In this document: one piece after another, positions 38,520-47,660 of the stretch
Layout of the letters: the number at the start of each line of letters is the position of its first letter
How positions within the stretch are numbered: position 1 is the first letter of the stretch
From: a virus
Lineage: Duplodnaviria > Caudoviricetes
DNA: 64,000 nucleotides
Direction: 5' to 3' (one strand)
IMG/VR virus record: IMGVR_UViG_2882253857_000001
Location: 8,239-72,238 of that record
Program-made: the position numbers and the translations under genes
Notes under the pieces: model-generated
Seen by the model: the letters and a program-made list of their open reading frames with translations, nothing else
Told to the model about the DNA's origin: nothing
Database searches by the model: none

Positions 38520-39608
38520 TCACCCCTTGCGATTAGCCTTTAGCTGCTCTAGCATCCGCTGCACATCATCTTCACTGTATTCGCTAGATTCGATTCGCTC
38601 AGAAGCGGCAGAAATCAAATCGCTTTCCGGTTTGTCATCTTCGGATGGATTGACTGCATGAAGTGAGTAAATCACTGGAGCGCAATAACTTAGGGAATGA
38701 ACTTCATCACGCTTATGCTTTGGTTTGAACTTGTCAAAAGCTTGGTCAATGCCATCTAAAGTTGTTTGAAGCGGAACTCCGTCTTTAATCAACTCATCAA
38801 TCACTTGTTCATCGGATTTCGTAATTTCTAATCCCTTACCACGTCTCCGAAGATATTTATCAGCTGTAGCCTGGCGATAATCGATATCCGAAGATGATAT
38901 TTTGTCCTGAATAGAGTCGGTACCTGTTTCAGAAGTGACAGGATTCCATTCCTGTCGGGTAAACGGCATCCCCTCATCCTTCGTTTTCGATTCGCCGTCA
39001 GGCGTATTAAAACAACAACAATTGTCTTTAATATTGTCTTTAAACATGTCTTTAGACACCCTCTCCGCCTTAGAGCCGCAAGGGATTGAGTCACCTTCGA
39101 CTTCATGTTTTGTGAAGTTTTCACCCTCTGAAACTTCATGTTTTGTGAAGTCGTACTTCATGTTTTGTGAAGTTTTATCATTCTCCCCTTGGTCTAATGG
39201 CTTGCTTTGATCATCCGAAAACTTCATGTTTTGTGAAGTTTTTCTTTTGAGATTTTGATGGATTAGATTATCAAATCTGTCCGAATCCCACCCCATAACC
39301 GGGCTAATTTGCCAAAGGTCATAATCCTTATTAATGGAGAATAGTTTTTCGCTATGTTGCCAAGTGATTACCTTGGCATTTTCAAGGAACAAGAGTTCTT
39401 TCTTGATGTGTGTTGCTGGTATGCCGCAGATTTCAAAATCCTTTAGCTTTGGGATATAAGCATCCTTTAGATTGCAGCCATACGATAATCTCCAGATAAA
39501 TAGAAGAATATCTTTCTGCCTCTTGGTGAAATTACGCCTGATTAACTCATTCCAAAGCTCATTTGCCAGTTTCACATACCCGTTCTCAGGTTGAGGATTC
39601 TTTGCCAC
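38520..39608 (-). CDS. Phage replication initiator (lambda O-like)
   Basis: PQPENGYVKLANEL...INKDYDLW; internal iterons. Confidence 0.88.
   Translation of the reverse strand: MAKNPQPENGYVKLANELWNELIRRNFTKRQKDILLFIWRLSYGCNLKDAYIPKLKDFEICGIPATHIKKELLFLENAKVITWQHSEKLFSINKDYDLWQISPVMGWDSDRFDNLIHQNLKRKTSQNMKFSDDQSKPLDQGENDKTSQNMKYDFTKHEVSEGENFTKHEVEGDSIPCGSKAERVSKDMFKDNIKDNCCCFNTPDGESKTKDEGMPFTRQEWNPVTSETGTDSIQDKISSSDIDYRQATADKYLRRRGKGLEITKSDEQVIDELIKDGVPLQTTLDGIDQAFDKFKPKHKRDEVHSLSYCAPVIYSLHAVNPSEDDKPESDLISAASERIESSEYSEDDVQRMLEQLKANRKG
39100..39239. repeat. Replication origin iterons (4 x ACTTCATGTTTTGTGAAGT)
   Basis: Exact 19-mers at 39100, 39133, 39155 and 39221 inside the initiator gene. Confidence 0.88.
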
Positions 39609-39613
39609 TCACC

Positions 39614-39946
39614 TCACCCCATCGATTCAAGCACATACCGATTACCACCGATCTCTATCGTTTTAAATGTGCCATCATCAAGAACTTCTTTTACATGTAT
39701 GGATACTCTCCGCCTTATCTTAACCTCCATATAGGCCGGTTCGTCGGGAGGTACAATTTCGATAGCCCTACCCGAACCGTGAATACGGCGAATCAATCCC
39801 TTTTGCTCTAGTCGCTCTATGTGACCAGCAACCGTTGATGATGACTTAAGACCAACGCCAATACCTATTTCTCGGAATGTAGGCGAATAGCCATTTTCTT
39901 GTTGATATTGAGCGATAAAATCCAGTATTCTTTGTTGCGTTTTCAT
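39614..39946 (-). CDS. LexA DNA-binding-domain protein lacking the peptidase domain
   Basis: [20 protein letters not shown]+.RLE.KG.I.R...RAIE. Confidence 0.85.
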   Translation of the reverse strand: MKTQQRILDFIAQYQQENGYSPTFREIGIGVGLKSSSTVAGHIERLEQKGLIRRIHGSGRAIEIVPPDEPAYMEVKIRRRVSIHVKEVLDDGTFKTIEIGGNRYVLESMG

Positions 39947-39960
39947 ATAATCATCACCCG

Positions 39961-40365
39961 CTATCTTCGATCATTCGCTAGGTTGTCATACTCATTCAAT
40001 AAAACCCTGAGACTATATTTAAGAGCGTTTATTACCTGCTCATTACTCGTTACAGCATTGGTCCAGCGTACCTTCTCTGCTTCTAGATCAGCTTCTTCAA
40101 TCCTCAAATCTACTACAGCCAATTCAGCACGCTGGGCCTTATCCTTACTTGCCGATACATAAGCTTCTGCGTATACACGTTTTCTCTCTGCGTACTTATG
40201 CTTGTAATCTCTCACGGCATCAGCAGCTTTGCGCCCAATAATTATTTGTACCTCTGATAATATTTCAATCTTACGTGCAAGCGTTTCAGGGTACTCGTGG
40301 CTGCACTGATCCGCCATGTTATATAGCTGTCCAAGTGTATATTGCTTGTTAAGCAGCGCAGACAC
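39961..40365 (-). CDS. Hypothetical helical protein
   Basis: Operon context. Confidence 0.65.
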   Translation of the reverse strand: MSALLNKQYTLGQLYNMADQCSHEYPETLARKIEILSEVQIIIGRKAADAVRDYKHKYAERKRVYAEAYVSASKDKAQRAELAVVDLRIEEADLEAEKVRWTNAVTSNEQVINALKYSLRVLLNEYDNLANDRR

Positions 40366-40379
40366 ATCCCTTCAATGCG

Positions 40380-40817
40380 TTAGAATGGCAAGTCATCGTC
40401 TGAAATATCAATAGGTTTTCCGTCATCTGAGAATGGATCTGAATCATTACTGTGTGATGAATGTCTGGTACTATTTCCTCCGCTCGATCCATTGTCGCGG
40501 TTCGATTCTAGGAACCGGACGTTATCGGCTACAATCTCAGTAACATATATACGCCTGCCCTCGTTGTTCTCGTAATTTCTTACCTGGATGCGTCCTTCTA
40601 CAGCAACCAGACGACCTTTACGCAAGTAATTCGCACACGTCTCAGCAAGCTGTCTCCAGGTTACAACTGGAATAAAGTCTGCTTCGCGTTCGCCACTTTG
40701 CGAGGTGAATGGTCTGTCAACAGCTACAGTAAATTGGGTAACAGCAACGCCAGAAGGCGTATATCGAAGATCTGGATCGCGAGTTAAACGACCGATCAGA
40801 ATGACACGATTCAACAT
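40380..40817 (-). CDS. ssb: Single-stranded DNA-binding protein
   Basis: [15 protein letters not shown]...DDDLPF. Confidence 0.96.
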   Translation of the reverse strand: MLNRVILIGRLTRDPDLRYTPSGVAVTQFTVAVDRPFTSQSGEREADFIPVVTWRQLAETCANYLRKGRLVAVEGRIQVRNYENNEGRRIYVTEIVADNVRFLESNRDNGSSGGNSTRHSSHSNDSDPFSDDGKPIDISDDDLPF

Positions 40818-40831
40818 TTAAGTCACCTTCC

Positions 40832-41866
40832 TCATTTGATCCCCATGAGCTGGGCCAACGTTTTACATAACGGCCACTTATTCTTGGATGTAATGGATGC
40901 CGGCATTTGAAAGCTATATTCAGCAGCAAGTTGGAGAATCAAAGAGTTATCCGCCGCCATTAGCTCTTCAAGAGTTTTTGGACGATCAATTGCTATTTCA
41001 TGTTGATTATTATGGTCCTCTGATTCAACTTCATTGTCGTCATCAGACCCTAATTGATCCTCTAACTTAAACAGCCATCCTTTAATTTCATATGCTTCTG
41101 CTTTTGTCAGATTTGCTGGATCATTGGTGATAGCACCCTCAGACCTAGTCTTATACCACTCTCGGAGCTTAATGTCCGAATTAAACCCCTTGACTCTAGC
41201 AAGATCCATTAGTTGTAGGTATCCTTTAGAGTCTATGACCTTATCGATCTTGCGGGGTCGCAAATCATCTGTAGGATCAGCACCAGTTACTAGATCGTCA
41301 TCCAACGTTCCTAGGTATGCATCAGCTCCGACACCAAGGAATGAGGTTGCCCGTTTGATACCTTTAGTAAGCATCCCTTTACGCGCAGCTCCTTTTTCCC
41401 TGAAATGCTCATGATCAGTAGGTATTGGCGGTAAACTGTGAACTGTGATCCATTCCCATTGGTTCGTTTCCTCATTTAAAACTCGGTATCCAATAAGAAG
41501 CTCAATCTCAGCTGAATACTGGTGCTTTGTATATCCTCCGCCTGTTGTCAGGCTACCATCATATGTTTCGTTTTGGATTGCCCACGTCCAATTTGTCGGC
41601 CCGAAAACCCAATTCATACGGTCTACATGAGCTTGATAGGAGTAACCCGTTGTATCATACCCTTTTTTTGTCTCGCTCCCTTTGGACTCTTGAATAGCAT
41701 CCTCATCCAGCGGTAAACGGAGAAGAGGAAGAAGCTTATTAACATCATCTGGCGTGAATGGAGATTTAATTGGAATCTCTACTCCAAACTCTTCAGCAAT
41801 CTGTTTAAGATCTCCGAAGGTTTTAGGCGCTTTTGGAAGTTGCCTTTTCGTTTCGGTTGTGGTCAT
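40832..41866 (-). CDS. Rad52/Sak-like ssDNA annealing protein
   Basis: DRMNWVFGPTNW...KG..T.GIKRA...LGVGAD.Y; next to ssb. Confidence 0.75.
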   Translation of the reverse strand: MTTTETKRQLPKAPKTFGDLKQIAEEFGVEIPIKSPFTPDDVNKLLPLLRLPLDEDAIQESKGSETKKGYDTTGYSYQAHVDRMNWVFGPTNWTWAIQNETYDGSLTTGGGYTKHQYSAEIELLIGYRVLNEETNQWEWITVHSLPPIPTDHEHFREKGAARKGMLTKGIKRATSFLGVGADAYLGTLDDDLVTGADPTDDLRPRKIDKVIDSKGYLQLMDLARVKGFNSDIKLREWYKTRSEGAITNDPANLTKAEAYEIKGWLFKLEDQLGSDDDNEVESEDHNNQHEIAIDRPKTLEELMAADNSLILQLAAEYSFQMPASITSKNKWPLCKTLAQLMGIK

Positions 41867-42201
41867 TTTCTCGCCTTCCTTTCAAAGCTCACATCATCCA
41901 GCCACAAACTAGCAAGATACGCACACCCGGCCATCTTATGCTCATGTTTAGGTTCTCTCGATGCCAATATTGCTCCGATGTGATAGAGAGCTTTCTGAGG
42001 GTTTATGCCGTCCTTTCGTTCGATCTCAAGATGGTCAACCCCGTCATAAAACCAGCTTGATATAAATTCATTCCATTTAGTGCGACGATTCATATCCTTA
42101 AACTCATCAGGGATATCCTCATATTTCGGCAACAGCTTGTTGACATCACCGCCGTAAACAAATTCAGTAGCTGTAACTTCTTGTGGTATCAACTCAGGCA
42201 T
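41863..42201 (-). CDS. Hypothetical protein
   Basis: LLP.YEDIP.EF...PKHEHK..GCAY. Confidence 0.7.
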   Translation of the reverse strand: MPELIPQEVTATEFVYGGDVNKLLPKYEDIPDEFKDMNRRTKWNEFISSWFYDGVDHLEIERKDGINPQKALYHIGAILASREPKHEHKMAGCAYLASLWLDDVSFERKARK

Positions 42202-43738
42202 TGACAACACCTTCCTTCACCTCAAGCTCAGTAAATGGGATCATGCGGGCTATGAATGTCTGTGTATGTTGTTCGGGTATTTCCTCTATTGACTCAGCCC
42301 AATCTATAAATACCGGGAAATCAGCTTTAGAAAATGTTCGGAACAATTTTGAAAATTCAAGGAAGCAAAGCATTTCTTCTGATGTGGACAATACCCTAAT
42401 CGGTTTACCATCGAATTCAGCCTTAAATGCAGGTTTGATCTCTCCAGTGCTTCTTACGACTTCGAATAACCTAATCGAAGCGCGGTTAAGATGTTTTTGA
42501 ACATCCTCCATCTGCATTTCGCAACGCTTGATATTAAATGCCTTAGCCGCCTTTATACGAGCCTCAGCTTTTTCTATAGCTTGAGCTATTCTGGTCTTGT
42601 CATCACGGACAGAATTCTGCCGCCCCTTCGCCTTCTTACGGTTTTCGTGAAGAACTTTAACCTCTAAGTTGTGCTTCTGAGTAACTTCAAGATTAGATTC
42701 TAGTTGCTTCAACTCCGCGCGAAGTTCGGCAAGCGAAGCGTCGTTGGCAGATTTAAATTCGTCTGCCGCTTTCTGATCCGCCGTCTGGATAGATTCAATT
42801 TCAGAAGCAATCTTCTTACCCTCGGCTTGAATATCAACCATTTTCTTAGTGATCTCTTCGTTTTTCTTGGCCTGCTCTGCATTTAAGTTGATCTCGTGAC
42901 CGCAATTTTCGCAGGTTATGAAATGATCTTCTTCAAATACCAAGCCGGATTGAAGGGCTTTATACTCTCCTAGCAAGGACTGACGCTTATTCTGAAGATC
43001 TGAAATATTCGTAGGAACAGGCTTTAGTCCTTCAATTGCCTTAATGGCTTCTTTTAAACCGTTAATCTCTGTCATATCCACTGGAATCTCATCAGGTATT
43101 TCAGCTGATAGCGCTTCCCTTATCTCTTCCTCTTTACCTTCAAGCCTGATTAATTCTTCCTTCAATTGCTTTAGTTCCTCTGATTCCTTAGAGATAAAAA
43201 CCCTTGGATCGATCAAAGGAACGCCTTTCAACACTTCAATTGAATCTGAATTCTCTTCCTCCAATTCAGCGTATACATCTTTATCCCGTGGCAAAGGAAT
43301 TAATGAAACAAACTCAGTCTCCATTTCTTTATCAGACATTGTTAGAAGAAATTGGGGCAAGAACGAGATCAAGAATCTTCGCTTGTTGCCAATAATTTGA
43401 TCGATTTGATCTTGAGAGCCTTGCAATCGGTTAATGTATATCCTGGTATCCATCTTTGATTTCATCCTCGTTACATGGCGTTCAATCTCGTATATTTTCC
43501 CGTCGGATTCAAGTTCGATGGAAATCACCATTTCATTTCCCTTGTCGTTCATAAGTCGGTCAGCGCAACGTTCCTTACCGTACTTATCAACCCCAGCTAA
43601 TCCAAATGATATAGCCTCCATGATGGATGACTTTCCGCGTCTATTTCCGCCTTCTATCTCATTGATCATTCCAAATTCGAAATGACGATACTCTTGATAA
43701 CCGCGGAAGCCCTTGACTCCCAAACTCCTGATGATCAT
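42194..43738 (-). CDS. SbcC/Rad50-like ATPase
   Basis: GGNRRGKSS, coiled coils with central CENC, LSTSE, PVFIDWAESI. Confidence 0.85.
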   Translation of the reverse strand: MIIRSLGVKGFRGYQEYRHFEFGMINEIEGGNRRGKSSIMEAISFGLAGVDKYGKERCADRLMNDKGNEMVISIELESDGKIYEIERHVTRMKSKMDTRIYINRLQGSQDQIDQIIGNKRRFLISFLPQFLLTMSDKEMETEFVSLIPLPRDKDVYAELEEENSDSIEVLKGVPLIDPRVFISKESEELKQLKEELIRLEGKEEEIREALSAEIPDEIPVDMTEINGLKEAIKAIEGLKPVPTNISDLQNKRQSLLGEYKALQSGLVFEEDHFITCENCGHEINLNAEQAKKNEEITKKMVDIQAEGKKIASEIESIQTADQKAADEFKSANDASLAELRAELKQLESNLEVTQKHNLEVKVLHENRKKAKGRQNSVRDDKTRIAQAIEKAEARIKAAKAFNIKRCEMQMEDVQKHLNRASIRLFEVVRSTGEIKPAFKAEFDGKPIRVLSTSEEMLCFLEFSKLFRTFSKADFPVFIDWAESIEEIPEQHTQTFIARMIPFTELEVKEGVVNA

Positions 43739-43817
43739 TCACATTTCCTCCAAATCATGTTATTATGGAGGCGAAAACATGTTTTAGCGGACGATGTTTT
43801 CGCCAAAGTGTTATTTT

Positions 43818-44018
43818 TCATTGATGATCACGTTCTCCAGCGTGGTCATTTTTCGTTTCAATAACAGCAAGTGCGGTCTCAAGGTCATCTATAACCACTT
43901 GAAAATCTTGCTTAAAGAACCATCCTGCCGACTCCATCGCAGTTCCTATAGAAACACCCGTTGTCTCATTTTGAAGCTTCCTGAGCTTATCTAGGGCTTT
44001 CTGTACGTGGTATTTCAT
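43818..44018 (-). CDS. Hypothetical protein
   Basis: RBS and operon context. Confidence 0.65.
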   Translation of the reverse strand: MKYHVQKALDKLRKLQNETTGVSIGTAMESAGWFFKQDFQVVIDDLETALAVIETKNDHAGERDHQ

Positions 44019-44033
44019 CTTTACATCTCACCC

Positions 44034-44198
44034 CTATGCAGAATGATTAATTAGTTCAAACTCATGCTGAAGATCGTCTATTTCCTTATCAAGCCAATCC
44101 TCGCCAGCGTCCAGAACTACTCCGCTATTTCTAAAGCGAATAAGGTTTTGGAGATGCCGCCATGCCTTCCAACCTTCCAACAGCCTGTTCTCACTCAT
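44034..44198 (-). CDS. Hypothetical protein (54 aa), not in ORF track
   Basis: RBS GGAGGT; ATGA overlap with the KTSC gene. Confidence 0.6.
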   Translation of the reverse strand: MSENRLLEGWKAWRHLQNLIRFRNSGVVLDAGEDWLDKEIDDLQHEFELINHSA

Positions 44199-44410
44199 GC
44201 TGTACCTCCCGCTGGATATTGTTTTTTGATATTACGAGCATAGAAGCTTCCTACTGAGTCAGCGTTAATCAAGTCGTTGTAGACTTCTTTCGGTACTTGG
44301 TGATGCTCATAAACCTTCTGACTGCTCTTAAACTGGATATAAAACACTTGCTTAGACTCATCGTAACCAACAGCAGCAACATTTGAAGATGCAACAGGTA
44401 TAAGTTCCAT
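44195..44410 (-). CDS. KTSC domain protein
   Basis: PVASSNVAAVGYD...VP...L..A.S.GSFY..NIK..Y. Confidence 0.88.
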   Translation of the reverse strand: MELIPVASSNVAAVGYDESKQVFYIQFKSSQKVYEHHQVPKEVYNDLINADSVGSFYARNIKKQYPAGGTA

Positions 44411-44411
44411 A

Positions 44412-44834
44412 TTAGATATAATCCTCCGGTCTAAAATTTTTAACGAAATCAATAGAATCATCAAAGTCTATTCTGCGAACATGGCTATATTTAGCCACTT
44501 CAAAGCGTTCCTTAAGCTTGCTCCAAATCATTCTGCGGTAACGTCCTACCATATCCTTAAAGCTATCGTCAGCCTCTCTGTACCGATGTTTTGTAAGCTC
44601 ATTAGACTTGATCCGTACAGCTTGCTGTAGTTGATAGCACTCAGCATCTGTCAAAGTAACGCTATCCCTAACCTCCTGAACCATGATCTGAACTTCCTCA
44701 ACCTTTTCTGTCATTTCAACATGCATTTGCTTCATTCCATCAAATAGCATCCTAATAGCAGCTCCTTGCTGCTCAGTTAGCTGTAACTGTCTTTCTATCA
44801 CCGGGAAGTAATCGGCTTGCTCAATCATTGCCAT
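44412..44834 (-). CDS. ORF6C-like (antirepressor C-terminal) protein
   Basis: IWSKLKERFEVAKYSHVRRIDFDDSIDFV. Confidence 0.65.
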   Translation of the reverse strand: MAMIEQADYFPVIERQLQLTEQQGAAIRMLFDGMKQMHVEMTEKVEEVQIMVQEVRDSVTLTDAECYQLQQAVRIKSNELTKHRYREADDSFKDMVGRYRRMIWSKLKERFEVAKYSHVRRIDFDDSIDFVKNFRPEDYI

Positions 44835-45945
44835 GATTATTTACCACCTTTCTGCCGTTTACGGCTGGTCTTAATTGTTCGATGAATGACTCTAACATAT
44901 CTAAACTCTCTGAGAGGCGCTTCTTTTCGCTGCTGCTGGCTCCAGAGACTGCTCCAAGCATAAGCGTTGTGATCCCTACCTTTTGGAGAAATTGCTTGAT
45001 ATGAATACTGACTTGAATCGTGTTACTGTCAGCTTCAAAGCGTAATTTCTTCATACGAGCTATTTCCTGCTGTTCGTCGAAATCATCAGGCTGCTGCAAC
45101 TTCAAGGCTTCGATCTCTTCTTTGGCCCGTTGATAACCTGACTTCAGTTGTTCTACCTTAACTCGCTCAGATTCTATATCTTCCTTGAGTTTGTTCTTCC
45201 AGTATTCATCACGCTGTTTAAGTTGAGCCTCCGCTTCCTTCTCTTTTTGCTTGATAAACACCGTTGTTTCTTCCTCATGACGTTCAACCGCTGCCGCAAT
45301 TGCATCATCAAGTTGATCTGCAGGAATGGCGTTCTTGTACTGTCGTTGAAGCTCTTGCTTCTCCTGCTCCGCCCGTTCAGCCCGTTCCTCAGCTTCCCTA
45401 AGCCTATTCCTAGTTTCGATAAAGGCTTTATGAGTGCTGATTAAGCCTGCATCAAGCTGCTGAATAATTTCAGGAGTAGCGTTTTCTGCGATGAATTTCG
45501 CTTTGTCATATTGCTTCCCAGAGCCGAATCCAGCTTGTTCCGCAACAATATCTCTTACTTGACCGGACTGCTCAGGAAAATTTTCCTTGCCTCCAGACAT
45601 CCGTTCCTTGGCTTTGATACGTTCCACATCTTCAAGCCGTTTAGCCCATTCGATCCGTTCCGAGAAGGTGAATTCTTTACGGTGTTCGTTCTCACTGATC
45701 TCCAATCGGAGTTGATGCTCGTAATCTGTAATCTCCATTATCCGAGCAAGAACTTGTTTTCTGCCAAGGAACTCATGTGCCCGTAACCGCCGTTCTCCAG
45801 CGACTAATTGATAATCAGGTGTAACTACAATTGGATTTATAAGTCCGTTTTGTTCTATATCATGAGCCAACTCTTCTATGCCACCGAAATCTTTCCGAAT
45901 GCGGTCACTGACTTTGATTTTTTCGATATCAATTAGCACTTTCAT
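44821..45945 (-). CDS. ParB-family protein (CTPase domain + HTH + coiled coil)
   Basis: GLINPIVV...LVAGERRLRA...SENEHRKEF; HTH RDIVAEQAGFGSG. Confidence 0.9.
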   Translation of the reverse strand: MKVLIDIEKIKVSDRIRKDFGGIEELAHDIEQNGLINPIVVTPDYQLVAGERRLRAHEFLGRKQVLARIMEITDYEHQLRLEISENEHRKEFTFSERIEWAKRLEDVERIKAKERMSGGKENFPEQSGQVRDIVAEQAGFGSGKQYDKAKFIAENATPEIIQQLDAGLISTHKAFIETRNRLREAEERAERAEQEKQELQRQYKNAIPADQLDDAIAAAVERHEEETTVFIKQKEKEAEAQLKQRDEYWKNKLKEDIESERVKVEQLKSGYQRAKEEIEALKLQQPDDFDEQQEIARMKKLRFEADSNTIQVSIHIKQFLQKVGITTLMLGAVSGASSSEKKRLSESLDMLESFIEQLRPAVNGRKVVNNHGND

Positions 45946-46249
45946 CCCCCTTTCTATGTCCCTTCTTATAATTCGAAGCCCTTTGTTCAGCTCTATAAGC
46001 CTCCAAGTCAGATAGCCGGATTATAATTTTTGGTTTGCGAGAACCAGGAACTCCGTATCTTTCATGCGGAATAATACCTTCTTGGCACAGTTGATACATT
46101 AATTTATCAGATATGCGGACATAATCTGCCGCTTCGTGAACAGTAAGACTACGATCTAACTGCTCAGGCAAAAGAGCTAGAATACGACTTTCAACTGCTG
46201 CTATCTCCTCAACTACGATTGCTCGAATTGCTTCTTCTAAACCAGTCAT
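45929..46249 (-). CDS. Excisionase-like HTH protein
   Basis: LTVHEAADYVRIS...G.IPH.R. Confidence 0.8.
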   Translation of the reverse strand: MTGLEEAIRAIVVEEIAAVESRILALLPEQLDRSLTVHEAADYVRISDKLMYQLCQEGIIPHERYGVPGSRKPKIIIRLSDLEAYRAEQRASNYKKGHRKGDESAN

Positions 46250-46315
46250 GGCGCTTCACTCTCCAACACTAAATGGAATTACATAAGGTTGAATCACTCA
46301 TCTTATTTCGGGAGT

Positions 46316-46501
46316 TTATGACAAAAAATAATCAACGGTAACTCCGAAATAATCAGCCAAAACCTTTAACTTATCTGTTTTTGGTTTGTATTTACCCTGT
46401 TTCCAATTCGTCAATGTAGCCGTAGAAACGCCAGTGTCTTTAGAAACTTGATATGATGTTTTTCCGGTCTCCTCTAATAGAACAAGGAATTTCTCGTACA
46501 A
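46316..46501 (-). CDS. Cro-like XRE regulator
   Basis: HTH only, divergent from cI; RBS AAGGAGG. Confidence 0.88.
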   Translation of the reverse strand: MYEKFLVLLEETGKTSYQVSKDTGVSTATLTNWKQGKYKPKTDKLKVLADYFGVTVDYFLS

Positions 46502-46527
46502 TTTACACACTCCTCCTTAATAATATG

Positions 46528-46688
46528 TTGACTATTAGCTAAGGTTTCTTATATAATCTAAGTGTCACCTAAGTTATATAAGATTTCTCAGCTACTTCTT
46601 TTTATTAGCTCAGTTTTCTAAGCTATGTCTGTATATTAGCATAGCTTTCTGAGTTAGTCAATGGATTTTAGCTTAGTTTTCTGACTTC
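46528..46688. promoter_or_regulatory. Lysis-lysogeny switch: two face-to-face promoters and five 20-bp operators
   Basis: Plus TTGACT-18-TATAAT (46528-46557); minus TTGACT-17-TAATAT (46661-46633); operators like TAGCTCAGTTTTCTAAGCTA at 46536, 46575, 46606, 46637, 46669. Confidence 0.8.
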
Positions 46689-46718
46689 ATTTTTAATAAA
46701 AATTACGGAGGAAAACTA

Positions 46719-47156
46719 ATGTACGAAATATTCGAAGAACTATTAGAAAAGCACAACGTTACAGCCTATCGTGTTGCAAAAGAAACGGGAATTACCACTG
46801 CTACTTTCACCAGTTGGAAGCAAGGTAAGTACACTCCGAAACAGGATAAACTCCAAAAGATTGCTGATTATTTCGGTGTGACTCTTGATTACCTCATGGG
46901 GAATAAGGACGGATCCGCCCTAATCTGTGAGGACAAAGCACCGTACTATACGCTTTCTGATAAAGATAATCGCGACATTGCCAAAGAGTTGGAACGCATG
47001 ATGGAGGAACTAGACAGTGGAACGTCCTTAGCATTCATGGGTGAGCCAATGGATGAAGAGGATAGGGAGTTATTGAGGATATCACTTGAAAACACTCTTC
47101 GCATGTCTAAAGAAATGGCAAAGAAAAAATTCACACCAAAAAAATACAGAAAATAA
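46719..47156 (+). CDS. CI/ImmR-like repressor
   Basis: XRE HTH plus C-terminal AKKKFTPKKYRK; followed by ImmA. Confidence 0.9.
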   Translation: MYEIFEELLEKHNVTAYRVAKETGITTATFTSWKQGKYTPKQDKLQKIADYFGVTLDYLMGNKDGSALICEDKAPYYTLSDKDNRDIAKELERMMEELDSGTSLAFMGEPMDEEDRELLRISLENTLRMSKEMAKKKFTPKKYRK

Positions 47157-47174
47157 CCTTCCGGGGGTTATCAA

Positions 47175-47585
47175 ATGGAGATTTTACTTTCTAAGAGACT
47201 GATCAAAACCCACGGAACCAACAACCCATCACGAATTGCATCTGAGACTAATCTAGTGGTTCTGTACGAAGATTTAGGAAAGAACACTTGGGGGTACTAT
47301 TCTTGTATAAATAGGATTCCTTGTATACACATAAATTGCCGCTTGGATGGATTTTCGGCCACCTTTGCTCTGGCTCATGAATTGGGACACCATTTTCTTC
47401 ATCCGGGTGTAAACACTCCGTTTTTAAGAAAGAGCACCCTTTTTTCAATAGAGAAGATCGAGCGGGAAGCTAACCGCTTTGCCTTGTATCTATTGATTGG
47501 TGAGGCACAACCAGAAATTAACGAAACTAAGTGCAACTTTTTGAAACGGTGTGGTATACCAGAGGAATTCCATGTTTTTTACTAA
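47175..47585 (+). CDS. ImmA/IrrE metallopeptidase (anti-repressor)
   Basis: AHELGH...EREANRFA. Confidence 0.92.
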   Translation: MEILLSKRLIKTHGTNNPSRIASETNLVVLYEDLGKNTWGYYSCINRIPCIHINCRLDGFSATFALAHELGHHFLHPGVNTPFLRKSTLFSIEKIEREANRFALYLLIGEAQPEINETKCNFLKRCGIPEEFHVFY

Positions 47586-47632
47586 TCTTTGCGCTTTCCA
47601 GCTGCAAGGCTGTTTAAATACAATTATAAATA

Positions 47633-47644
47633 GAACGTATGTTC
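47633..47644. promoter_or_regulatory. LexA (SOS/Cheo) box upstream of integrase
   Basis: GAAC-GTAT-GTTC matches the Bacillota GAAC-N4-GTTC core, 16 bp before ATG. Confidence 0.65.
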
Positions 47645-47660
47645 CTGAGGTGGTGCAAAA

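Noticed and set aside
39100-39239. CRISPR-like repeat array
   Set aside because: Gaps of 14, 3 and 47 bp inside a replication gene, and no cas genes; these are origin iterons
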